This document shows, in pieces, positions 50,979 through 63,201 of a DNA stretch of 64,000 nt. Position 1 is the first letter of the stretch, and every line of letters begins with the position of its first letter. The stretch is taken from positions 18,538,001 to 18,602,000 of the forward strand of contig CM114271.1 of the NCBI GenBank assembly GCA_050084515.1, given 5' to 3'. Source of the stretch: Blasia pusilla (taxonomy: Eukaryota). A program made the translations under genes and the position numbers. The notes beneath the pieces were generated by a model. That model saw only the letters and a list, made by a program, of their open reading frames with translations. It did not search any database and was not told the DNA's origin.

Positions 50979-53294
50979 GTCAAATGAACATTTCCAAGGT
51001 TCCTTCGGAGGTAATAAAGGAAGAGATTTTTTCAACCCATAATGGTGTTTTTAAAAGTTTGTTGGAATATTTTGTTGGACTTGTGGATTGTGTTCTTTTA
51101 GCTACTTAGAATTACAATTTTGCAACCCGTATGATTCCGACGGATTGCAACTTTTTGCTTTTTGCCCACTGCAACTTTTTAACCATTTCCAGGCAAGCTG
51201 TCGGATTCTGACATGTTGACTGCTTAAGTGATCGGACTCTTTCCCTATGAGACCAACTTCTGACGCATTGTGGCGGGCTTCTTAACGTTTGGATCGTTCC
51301 CCTACATTTGTCAAACCAGTTGTAGGCTTATTTTCTTGTCTAAGATGTGCAGGATTCCTTTCCTACTACCTGTCGGATTGCCATTTCAGATTCCCAACCT
51401 GTTAGATCGTCGTGGGTGCAGGGTGGAAGAAAATCACCTCAAAAAATCTTTCCTTTCTTATGGTGAGCTTTCTTACTGGTTGGGAGGGGTGCACCTTCTC
51501 GATTTCTCAGCCTTAGAATCTGAATGAAGGAACATCAGTTCCTCTTTAGTCCAAACAACTAACAATCTTTTGGTTCAATTATCCTCTCATGTGTTCACAT
51601 TTCACAAATTTGGTCTTGAGCGCACACCATTCATAACCAACATAAAGTTGGTTATGGGGCAATTCAGGGGAGGCCATGATGCAGGCAACAATCCCTGCAA
51701 AAAGAGAGGTTGGCATCCGGGTGGTCCTCCAACAAAAATACCCATGTGCACTGCTTTTTGTAGACCGAGACAGGTAATGTTAAGAAACTTAGGCTCACAT
51801 GGAGAGTGATGGAAAAATGTTTGTAGTGGTCTTATGATCTCTACTTTTTTTTCGCCCCTAGGAAAAAGGAGGGTTTTTTAGGGCCAAATGTGGACCACTA
51901 CCTACTCTCTTCTAAAGATTTCATGAATTTGAAAGCAAACAAAAATTTCAAATACGTCAAAAATTTTTGAAGAGAGGAGGCGGATTTGGCCCTTTTTTTT
52001 TAAGAGAGACTCTCCTCTCTTCCTCTCTTCCTCTCCTCTCTTACTCTCTCCTGCCAGAATACCAGCCCCCAAAATCATGTAGACTCTTTAGTTGGTCAAT
52101 TAATGCAACCTTGTAGATCCTTCCCAACTATCAAAATAACTTAATTGTAGTCCTAAAATTGGATTGTGCTCTTCCACTTGAGGTCTGTGCCATCTCAATG
52201 CCGTCACTACCATCGACTTCATCTGGTTAATAGATTGATGGCTTAGTTCTACTCCAACTCATAATCCTATCATACGCCTTGCGGCAACTCGGGGAGACAT
52301 ATCTTGGAGCCAAATACATCTTGTATGTATTGGGCTTCAAAGTGCATGTCAATATGTGTGATCTTCGATCAATCGATATCCTAGCTCCGTATTCAAGAGA
52401 GAATCCAAGCTGAATGCATGTAAGTTGCACTGTATAGTAGATCCCATTATGGGTCTGATCATAAGGAAAATGAGTTCTAAGTGAGCTTCATCCTATGTAT
52501 ACCCCCTAAAACCTCCATAGGTGACGTGTACATACAGAAAATATCCCCTCTAGCGGGTCACTACCAACCTCGAGTATACAAAGTACTTACTCCCCAACAA
52601 CCATCGATGTGTTCCTATCGTCAGACCAACTACCAACAAACCCTTGACCTTATAGGCCAAAGTGGTTAGAGAAACCTCCCTATATCCACAAACCCGCTAC
52701 ACACCCAAGAGATCTAGCTTGTCATCCTTGCTACATTTATGAAGCCTACCCTCTTCTTGATATCCAATTGCAACACCCTCTCCTCTAAAATCTACATCGG
52801 CATATAGAGCGATAGCCACCCTCCGCTATGAGAGAATTCAAATGCTAACAATCTAATTCCCTACTAGGCATCAAGCAAGAGAGGTGCTCCAAAGGCTCTC
52901 CATAAGAAAGATGGCTTGAAAAACTTTCCATCTCTCTCTTATACACTAAGGAAGAATCAAAATGCTCTTCCCCCCAAAATAGCCTCTTGAAAGAGAACCT
53001 GCAAGTTCAAAGTAATGGATGATAGTTGACTCAATCAATGAGTCATGTAGAAAAAATAACATACTATTTTTTCTATATGACTCGTAGAAACACAAGTGCA
53101 GATTGTAGCATTGCTCTTGCCTGGTCCTTTTGGCATGCCTGAATGAGAGAGATTTTTGACATGTTTGTGATGACCTCTAGGAGGAATGGACACTCTCGAC
53201 TCTTCTTGTGTTGGGGCAGAGGGCATTTTCTTGAATGTTAAGTCCCTACACACGAAAACTTATCAATTGATGGAGGGAACGTCTAAGTGTTCAA

Positions 53295-53730
53295 TGCTTG
53301 CAACCCGTCGAAATCGGTCGGGTTGCAAGATTAATTGTTCTCGCTTTAAGTAACTTCCAACCCGTCCGAATCGGATAGATTGAAAGATTCAAATTTCTTC
53401 CTTTAAGTAACTTGCAACCCCTCAGATTCTCACCGAAAGCACGGTGAATTTTTTTTCAACTTTTTTCAACTTTTTTGATTCTGACGAGTTGTATGATGAA
53501 CTTTTTAAACAAAATTTGCAACCCGTCAGATTCAGACGGGTTGCAAGATGAACTTGTTTTGCAAAAAAGTAGCCAAAAAAGTTGAAAAAAATTTACAATC
53601 CGTCGGATTCTCACGGGTTGCAAGCCGTCGGATCTGGATATTCGGCAATTCCATGTAACTTGTCAATTCCGACGGGTTGCTTTACCTACCTTCTTTGCAA
53701 CCCGTACAATTCCGATGGATTGCAACCTTA
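53295..53730. repeat. Separate cluster of the same palindromic motif (fragment of a related transposon)
   Basis: GCAACCCGTCGAAATCGGTCGGGTTGC (~53299), GCAACCCGTCAGATTCAGACGGGTTGC (~53518) and several more. Confidence 0.75.
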
Positions 53731-53859
53731 CACTTGGACCATACACTTGGAAAAAATGGAGAAAACTCACCAGCCGCATAAAGTTTCCCATTGTCTCATA
53801 TGGACGGTCCACCAACTGAGCCACCAACACAACTCTTTGTATTTATCCTCAATTGCATG

Positions 53860-55930
53860 CAACTAAATGGGACACATGTGTTGCGAGTTTGGGAGGATGG
53901 TAGAGTACGTGAGCACGTGCTCATCCTTCACAAAGAGCACGTTTGGTGCATCATGCCCATGAGGAGTTGGGTGATTTTGAAGTGCAGCGGACGTGCAACT
54001 TTCCCTAGAGTATGGTGGCGAGGCACGTAGACTAAAATTTAGCAATTGGTCACCAGATGCATGATGTGTGATCAGGTCCATATATCATTCAATGCTCCGA
54101 CTCCACACTTACATCCAATTCCGATCATGGGTCTAGGTTATAGATAGAGTTTGGATTTTGCAGGACCTTTAACCTTGACAGAGCGCCATAGTCGTTATGT
54201 GTTGGTGATGGTTGAGCACTTCTCAAAGTGGAAAGAGTTGGTTGCATTTCCTGGAAAAGTGAGTGAAGGAGTAGCGTATGCCTTCCTAGATTGAGTGTTG
54301 AGTCATTACAATACATAAACTGGGGTGTTGAGAGACCAAGGTACGGAGTTTCGCGGGGAGTTTCAGGCCTTGTGTGATCAGGCGCTGATCGACCACTGCA
54401 CCACTTCGCGAGAGCATGTTGAGGCAAATGGACTAGCGGAGAGGGTTGTGCAGACGGTAAAGAGAGGATTACCTATGGCTTGTAGAGAGGTCGCCTAGGA
54501 TATTGGGACCTCTAGTTTCCGTGGTTGGCGATGGAATATAAATTCATCACGCAGGCATCCTTAGCATCTTTCTCACCATTCTTGCTACTTTATGGCCGAG
54601 AGCCTGATTTACCTACGAGCATTCATTGAGATGTCGGTGAGGTGTTGAACCTTGATGACCCTGATGTATGGATGCAAGCATGTTCTCTAAGGGTTGAGTT
54701 ATTTTGGGGAGTGATGCCCATGGCATTCGAGAGCTTGGTGATTGCGCAACATTAGGATACGTACGAGGTATGCGACCATTCATGTATATGGTGATCGATC
54801 GACTATCCGGAGGTTCCATCAGGGAGACTATGGCAACTTGTAGCAGACGGCATCCACGACGTTGGATGTGACTGCAAGGCGCACTATCTTGAGAGTGCAT
54901 GAGGTTTTGCCATCTGGCGTTCTTTTATTGGAGGGATGCAATGGTATTATTTGGAAGGACCATGTGCGTAATTGTACGCCATGTCACCTTCCTAAGAGTG
55001 ATGATACAGTTGATTCGAGTTTAGCAGTAGTTCCTACAAGCTTGCAATGTATGTTGTGTGATTCTGCTCGTGGTGCAGCTATTATGCTAGTATGTGATGG
55101 ATGTTCGAGAGGGTGGCACATGGCATGTCTGACACCACCTTGCACTAGGATTCCTCGGGGATGATGGATGTATCCTAGATGTACGTAGAGTACGTAGTCT
55201 AGATTTTAACTTGTGTTTGTGACATGGATGACAAGTAGGCGACTAATGATGGGGCCACATGAGCACCCGACCTTTTTGTTCTTAGCGTTCGAGAGATGTA
55301 TGTTATGGTAGGTAGGGATAGATGGCTATTTGGAGTTAGAGGGATGTAACCAGTAGCTAGGGGGCGATTGGAGATATTTTGGTACTCCTCGTCTCGTTAT
55401 TTGGATGCCATGAATTTGTATGGGATCATGTGTGTTTGCATGTGTGTTTGGTGACAATGATGTATGTTGTGTAGCGATGTATATGCGCACGACATTTGTC
55501 ACATCTTTTAGGATAGATCGGAGGAATCTAGTAGAGCACCTTTGGAGATACTAAAGGATAACATCATGAGTTTGAGGATGCCCTGTTGACGCCACAGGTA
55601 ACCTGCGAGAGCAGGTTTCCCCTTCGTTTCGGCCTATTTGGAGCCATATTGAGAAACTTATTATTTTGGGTAAATTACCATTTTTGGTTTAGTTGAAACT
55701 TTGGGAAGTGGCCCTTTACCTACTACAACAGTTTAAGAGCCAAGGAGATGATATGCGATCATAGATTACCGTGGAGAGGGCTTGGGAGAAGGAAGGGGGT
55801 ATACCTTGAAGAGAGAGAGCTTGAAAACTCAAACTCATTCTCTCTTTGTTGAACCTCTTGGCATGAGGCGGAGGAGCTATGGTCCTCCTTTCCTTGTGTG
55901 TGTAATCCAAGCCTCTCATTAGGAGAATGG
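53860..55930 (+). mobile_element. Gypsy family A 3' fragment: integrase, PHD, PPT, partial LTR
   Basis: Integrase fragments homologous to 3200-2050. PHD CMLCDSARGAAIMLVCDGCSRGWHMACLTPPCTRIPRG*WMYPRC (~55046-55183). PPT ~55358-55367; LTR from ~55369. Confidence 0.88.
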
Positions 55931-58172
55931 GTCAAGTGTTTTCTCTTAGTTATGTGATCGCTCTACTAACTCGACCTACACAACATGTGCGACAAGTTAG
56001 GTCTTAGATCTACCCCACGTCTTTTGCTCATAAGGCTCAAGGTAAGATAATCTTTGTAGAGAGTTGTAGGAGTGGTGAGGGGATGTAGAGAAGGTTACTT
56101 TATAACATAAAACCTATTTTATTTCTTAGGTGGATTGGTACAACTCTCTTCAACATTTTTTCGAACTATTTCTTATGTGTGGAGCCACCTACCTTTATTT
56201 CCATGTATTTGTTCCTTGGATCTTTTGCCTTTTCTTGATTCTTGTCTTCTTGAATCGAGAAAATTTTTTTCTTCCAAATCTTATATTATTATAACTAAAG
56301 TTTTAGGAATGTCCAAGTGATATTCTAAAGAGTTGAGAAAGGTTATGCAAAAAGCTCATATGTAATTTTGAAATAAATGAGTTATGTGGTTGTTTTCGGT
56401 GTTTTCATTTGTTGAGCTACTTCTTCTTAGATGTTGAATTCCTCCTCTCCATAAAAATACCGAGGAGAATGAAAATATTAGATGAGTTATTCTCTCATCC
56501 ATCAACCACTTCATGTATCCTCTAGGTAGATATGTCATAGCCTAGCTATGGTCGCGAGGGTTGGATATAATGTGTTGAATGATTATTATGTTTGTGATTG
56601 TTCTTGGTTGCTCTCTTGCAACAACATATATTCAAGATATTAAGATCATTTTTTGGGGATATTTTTTGTGACCATTTTTCTACATTGATTAAATTTCTAT
56701 TGGACTTCTATAGATTTTCCAATCAAACGATGTCTTAGGTTGTTAGGATTGGATCAAATTATTTCGGGTGGTTGGGATACCTTGGAGATTTGAAGTAGGA
56801 ATGAAAGTTGAGAATTAAAGTGGGAATGACCGTGGCAAGTGATGCCCTTGCTACTTTGTTGGAGGGTGAAGGTTGACGTGTAACACTATTTGAATGATAG
56901 GAGTAAAAGAAGATTGCGCAAGGATTTATGAGAGGTTGCAATGAGGCAATGTAGTGAGGTTATGGAGCGGGCAATATGATTTTAGATTGCTTGTGTAATC
57001 GATGATGAGAGAATTCTCTCACATGAGAGATGACAAGGCGTTGCAAGTATGTGGAGATGGTGCATATTGGTGAGTATAATTATTCCGAAGATTGAAACAT
57101 GGGACAGTATTATTTGATGGGGGATGGAAGCATTGATTGCTATTTCTTATCATGAAGGGAACAAATTTTATTTATCATAATGGAAATTTTATTTTCAACT
57201 AAAGAATATTGTGATGATAGGTAGCATCCCCGTGGCCTTTTGTCTTTTGTTTCACTTGTGCCATTTTGTTCACATCTACGAAAGGAGAGGATACCCTGAA
57301 AGAGTTAATGTGGTCACGATTCTCAAAGGAGAAGCATTTTTTTGCATCCGTTTGTTTTTTCAAGTATACGTGCATTGCTTGCCACGTACACTATCTTGCC
57401 TTTCTTCCCAAGCAATGCTTAACATAGTTCAACCAGTTGCCAAGTGACAATATGAGCCAGCTGGAAACTCTTATCCCATTGGAGCATTATCACCTACTCC
57501 TCATTGAACAAGCACCACTCCTTTTCCCTCCCACTTGTACTTTCCCCACTAATATCACCTACTCCCCAATGAATGAGGACCGTTCCTTTTAGGGTCCCTC
57601 CCCCCACACCCTCTATCTTCCTTCACTTGGCAGTAATGTTCTCTGCAATATAGTACAACCACCTTCTTTTTTTACACGTGAGCTTCTCTCTCTCTAATTT
57701 TCCGATTTATGAGTGTTCTAACATTAGGTCAAATTTAGACTCTCTCAATTCCACGAGCCCATAATGAACGTGCGGATCGCCCGAGAGGCAAGTCCTCCTT
57801 GTCCTCATGCTTTAATGTTTTCCTTCTCATAGTCAGTGCTTTTTTCATTTATATGAATGATTATTTATTATTTTTATTCCAGCTCTGCCCACTCCGTATG
57901 CTGTGGTCCATGGCATAGCACAACCTAGCCTAGCCGAGCCGCTGGCCATGTCCAGCTGGAATGTCCGGCATTCCCCTGTCTGTCCTCTGCGGAAGTGGCG
58001 GCGGGCGGGCCCCACCGCCGGAGTTAAGTAAAGCGGGCGCCTCTCTAAGGGATGCGCCGAACAACAGTTTTCACTGTTGTTTGAAAGGAAAGAGAGGTGG
58101 AAGGGTAAAGTGACTGTCATTGGAAATGGGAATCTGAAAGGAGGAAACAACACAGCAGAATCTAGCAGCAGC

Positions 58173-58200
58173 TGGAGGAGGAGGAGGAGGAGGAGGAGGA
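58173..58200 (+). repeat. (GGA)n microsatellite in the probable 5' region of the host gene
   Basis: Nine GGA units. Confidence 0.9.
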
Positions 58201-60162
58201 TGTAAATGCAGTGCCAGGGTGTAAAGTGCTGAGGTGCTGCTGTGTTGACCTTTTCTGGTGGGTACATAAGGAGGGGAGGAGACGGTGAGGGTTGATGAAC
58301 TTGTGGAGAAAAACAGAGGGAGTGGTGCTTAAAACCCTGCAATGCAAGGAATGAAAGAAGAAACCAGAGGTGGTCACATCTTGATGTGTGGAATGTGGTG
58401 AACTGGAATGATGACAGAAACGGTCTACAACAGTCCATGACTGCAAAGAGATGCAGGGTCCAAGGAAAAATGTCAGTTACTGTGCCATATGCAACCACCA
58501 CTTCCCCTCCTCATGCTCCGTTTCCTCGATGATGTTGGGCGGATTTGTTCTTGTTGCAATCTCATAGTCTTTCGTCACTCTCTCCTGATTGTCACCGTTC
58601 TCTATCTGTACAACATTAATGCGCCTGCTCTGCACTGGATCTTGGATGAGGTTTGCTCCGAGTTGGGTTAAAAGTAAGGGCTCTTTCGTCAGTTTGGTTA
58701 GCAGTGTGTGGGGATGCCTGATAATCGCCTCCTCTGGATGGTTTCAAACTTGGTCGCGAAAATTCTGAACGTAGGATCGCCTGGACCCCCAGCCTTGCCC
58801 TGCAGCCGTGTTTTTCCAGACTGAGGCGGAGAAGGCTCTCCTTCTCTGTGCACTTCACGCGGCCGCGTCCACTCCAAATTAGGTTTTGAGGCCCCCTCTT
58901 TCTGGACACTTCCCATGTCAGCTTGTCTCCCTCGTGTGGTTCTCAGGCCCACCTGACGTTTCCTGGAGTAGCCCGGGAAGCCTGATGAACGGACAGACAT
59001 TTGCTCGTCCTCCCGCCAAAATTGCGCCGCTCGAAAGCTTCCTGAATTGGCCGTCTCCGCCGCTGCCAGGCATTTGGATTTCGAGATCATCGCTTGTGGC
59101 GAGTGCTCGAGGTGGTTGTGGAGCGTTTTGCGCCTCGGGATTTTGATTCGGTGGTTGAAGGGTTTCTGCAATGAACCTCCGGGAGAGCTTCTGGATCAGC
59201 AAGAGATCTTGGAAGTGGATTCGAGTGCGGGCTAGATCTGTCGAGTAATGTCAGTTGGAACTTCCGATTACCATCCTGACCTCGTAGCTTGATTTGATTG
59301 GTCGGAATTCGTCACTCTTTCTTCCCCGACGCACGGCACACCATGAGACCTTCACTATTGATGGTCGTCGTCCGGATCTAGATATGCCTTCCCAGCTGCG
59401 ACACCACCACGATGTCTCCTCTACCAGCTTTCCCCTCCAGATGACTCCCCCAACCGAAATCTGGTGTTCGAAGACCTCACCCGTGGACAATTTTGTCGAA
59501 TTGGCGATGAATCTCTGGGCTTGGATGGGGTGGTGTACATCCCTTCGTCATTTCCCCAACATTTGCGGGCAGCTTATGAGAGATGCTTCACCATTTCCAA
59601 ATTGAATTCCAAGGTGATTCGTGGGTCTTTTCTCCAGACTCTATCACGCCTTGTCGATCATGAAGTCAGCATTATCAAGGCATCCAACATTCCATTGAGC
59701 TGTGTAGCAGAATTTACACGTGGGAACCAACGCGCTTCGACTCCATTATCATTGCATTCTCTCGAGCATGAAAAAGGAACAAGCATTTAGTCCCAGGTGT
59801 GACAGCTATTAATCTAATGCAGGCATGAATCACAAGAATTGCGCGGTTACATCAAGCGTTTGTTACAAGGAAGATGCAGAACATCTAGATGCTGCATCGT
59901 CGTGTTAATCAGACCTTGCTTTTTGATTTTTGTCGAGGGTGCTGATTGGGCTCCTCGTCTGCAGCATATGTCCAGGTTGAGACAATGAACGTAATGGAAA
60001 GTTTTTTTGAAAATTTGCGTACCGCTAGAGAGCAATTTACGCTCAAGTTTTCTGTCGATGAGCCTACATTATTACGTGAGAATCATTTCATTCTTCGTTT
60101 GCTGTTTTTTACTGGTCTCCTGAGAGTCTCTTTCATGATGACAGTGCGATGCTTCCACAAAG

Positions 60163-60799
60163 ATGGCTTCCAGGCAGCCTGCAGACTCCTTGGGAGAATC
60201 ATCACAAAAGCCGACAGAGGGGCCTTTCATCGTTGAAGGCTGGAAGGGGGATGAGGACGAGGACGTTGACATAGACACGTCTGATGAAAAGGAAGGAGAC
60301 AGTGAAGATTTTTGCGGGGATGGAGAGGTGGAGTCTGCTGCTACTAGAGGATCAAGCTCCCAATTCTTCAAGTCTGTATTGCGGGAACGGAGAAGCCAGC
60401 TACATGGAGTTTGCAGAGATGATTTACAGGCTAACAGTCTTAAGGGGGATGCCGTATCTTGTAAGATTCCCAAATTAAGTATCTCTCTTGAGGAGAGCAG
60501 GGTTGATGTGCAGGAGTGGGGAGAAGATTCAGGGGCTCGTTTAGCTGGTATCGGGAATGGGGTACCAATCGTCAGAAGGCCAAGGTCGGTAAAGTCTTTC
60601 AGAATGGATAGATTTGGGTCTGGTCCTGGAAGTAGCTCCAAGATGAATGGAAAGAGATTGGATGCCAGGCGATTCCGGAGGGAGTTTTCAGCAAAAATTT
60701 CTGTCAGTAAGATCCCCGGAATGCAAAAGCACCCCTCTCGTATGAGGGGAAGCATTGGAAGCGACAACACGGATAGGAATAGTTCTTCTCAGGACGAAG
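60163..60799 (+). CDS. Host gene of unknown function, coding exon (probably the first)
   Basis: Stop-free acidic and Ser-rich ORF from ATG 60163 to donor GAAG|GTGAGC (phase 1), compatible with the next exon. Confidence 0.7.
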
Positions 60800-61690
60800 G
60801 TGAGCATGGACAGATCTATTGGATAGGCTGGGATTTATTGCTCATGTACTTACCGGAGGATTGAATCGTCTACCTCAGAGAAATGTTGACGTGTACCTTG
60901 CCGATGAAACATTGTCTGAAGACAACTCGGAGTAGGCTTTTCTAAGCAGTTATCGATACCCTCTTTGATTTGTTGCTCTCCATATTCATGAGAATTCTGC
61001 CTCTTGGGAAGAAGTCTGGCTCGTAAGATCCTCATTTGTTATACTTGGCATACTGTGGAATTGTTGCCTTTCTACACTTCGTCATATTTTCTCTGGTTTT
61101 GAAGTGTCAAAGTGGTGTCATGTACCTGTATATAGGGGGAATCAATTACTGCCTTGTTTCACTTTTTTCTGCCATTAATGTCTGCTTGATATCCTTGGCG
61201 AGATAGCTCTAAGGAGTTCAAGAAACGAACAAGCTGATCTGTCAAACCTTGCTCACGTAGTTGAATTAATAATGGGCGACAAGCCTTGATTCTGGTTAGT
61301 ATGTAGAATCGCTTCCAGTTGAAAGTATGTATCTGCAGGGGATCCTTTGTGGTGGTAGGTCAACGAGTGTGCTGATGTATTGTTAAACACGTGCTGCTCA
61401 CTGATGTGGAAACCTATGAGCTCAGTTTTGTCCAAAATTTGCAGGCATGAACAACTGACAGAACTTGATGGTGAAGATGATTCTTTTTGCTTTGGTGTAT
61501 TGTCCTAGCAGTGACCAGCTGGTGATCTACTTGAGTTTCCTCTCTAGATTATTTCGGAAGCCAGTGCGGGAGGTTGAGAACTTTAATCATTTAACATTTG
61601 TGGGTTTGATTCTATGGGCAATCGTAGCTAATTTCATTGTCCCTTCCATAGCTTTTCACTTAACTTGTTGAATGTGGTCGACTGTCACAG

Positions 61691-63201
61691 ATGTGGAGGC
61701 AGGACAATCAACTAGATGTTCACCAACTGCCACAACCAGAAGCCCAGTTAAGCAAGGATCACGTAGGTCCACAGGTGATATGTACAAGAAGTTACAGTCT
61801 GATTCTCAGGACGAATTATCTATACAGCTAGATCAGGCAGTAGGGAGGAACACTGGGGACAAAAAGGAAATGATGGACCACTCCAAGAAAGAAGCAGGCA
61901 AGAAAAGGAGGTATGAGGAACTTGCGAAGGCACAGCTGGCTGCAGATAGAAAGCTAAGTTTAAGAGACAGGTCAGAGTTGCGGTCAAGAGAAGATGTATC
62001 AAGAAGGGATTCTGGTGGGCTATACAATTCCCCTCGGAGGAGCCGAGCCCTGCAGGATGTGGACAAGGGATCTCCACCTAAGTCCATAAGTAGCCCCCCT
62101 CATAAATTCAAACGCTTAAAGAAGGATACTGAGCCTGTCTCAGTCTCCTCCGAAAAACAGACTCCTGAGGTCAGATCGCCTAAGAGGCCCAATAAATCTG
62201 TTGAAGAAGGCAATGGCTTAGCAGTGACAGAGTCTGCAGGCATCAAATCAAAGGAGAAGTTACATCAATCAATTGAAAAACTTGGAAGACCTGATGGGAA
62301 AGAGAAAGTTTTGAACAAGCAGCCTGTCAATGTCTCTGTCGAATCAGTTAAAGATCAAGATTTGTCAACGAAACTGTGGGGGACCGAGAGGTTGGAGAAA
62401 CTTTTTGAGAGAAAGGCATCAAAAAATAATGAAAAACCTACAGGTGAAACTTTGCCTCTAACGCAGGCTGTAGGTTGTTATGAAGAGCCAGATGTTGCAG
62501 TGGCTAAGGAGCCACAAGGTAAGGAGAAGGTTGAGAGAGTCTTTGAAAGAAGACCTTCAAAGAGTAAAAACATAGCTCACAAAGACAAAGGAGCTCAGCC
62601 TCATATTGTTAAAGACAGTCAAGAGTTTCAGAAGTCAGTTGTCAGACAGTCATATGACATGGTGGATGGAGGGAAAGTTTTTAGGCGCAGACGAAACATG
62701 AGTCCAGAGAAGGACTCTGCACATCAAGGAGCATGTGGGATATCACTTGAAGGAAAGGTCAAGGGTTATGGAGATAAAGAGGCAAATGCAGAAACCAAGA
62801 AGAATGTGGTAAGCGGTGCAGATAACAAGCATGAACTAATTCCTTCAGAACGGGTAGGTCAAATAAAAGAAAAGACAGAAGTTGCTGACTGTGAGAAGTT
62901 TCTTAGTCGTAAACTCACAACTGAGGTCAATCTGAATGGTAAGAGAAAGAAAATCCGGAGCCGTACAGAAACTGATAACAATTCACGGACTCTGGAGAGC
63001 ATGGAGACTGGAGCTGAGTTAGATATTGAGGAGGGAGATGAGGAGGAGGAATTGAACAGCGAAGGACAGTTAAAGCAAAAGGCAAGAAAAGTTTCTGCTT
63101 GTACAGGAAATATGGTGCCTAGTCTAGTTGTGAGTAGCATGGAAAGTTCAAGCCCACGATGTGTCAACAGCGTATGGAACCCACAGAGTTCAATTCCCCA
63201 G
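61691..63201 (+). CDS. Host gene, large exon encoding a Lys/Glu/Ser-rich, probably disordered and nuclear region; gene likely continues past the window
   Basis: Acceptor TCACAG|AT restores the frame (G+AT = Asp). 1.5 kb without stops, NLS-like KKRR and KRKKIR, donor CAG|GTTTGA at 63202. No recognisable domain. Confidence 0.8.

Larger units (their letters stand above)
44515..52070. mobile_element. Mutator-like (MULE) DNA transposon carrying a ParB-like/amino-methyltransferase cargo gene
   Basis: Transposase remnant (-) and divergent cargo gene (+). Inverted purine tract GTAA(GA)GAGGAGAGGAAGAGAGGAAGAGAGGAGAG at 44515-44547 and 52044-52010. The right end is defined by the second copy at 1628. 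The outermost ~25 bp of the left TIR are missing, so no TSD can be tested. Confidence 0.72.

Noticed and set aside
44515-52070. Bacterial contamination or prophage as the source of the ParB-MTase
   Set aside because: The gene has GT-AG introns and a TATA box, sits beside a eukaryotic-type transposase, and part of the element recurs at 1-1628 joined to a plant LTR.
60072-60770. 232-aa - strand ORF, and similar antisense ORFs at 47794-48414 and 49840-50235
   Set aside because: Antisense shadows of + strand exons that have splice-site or motif support.
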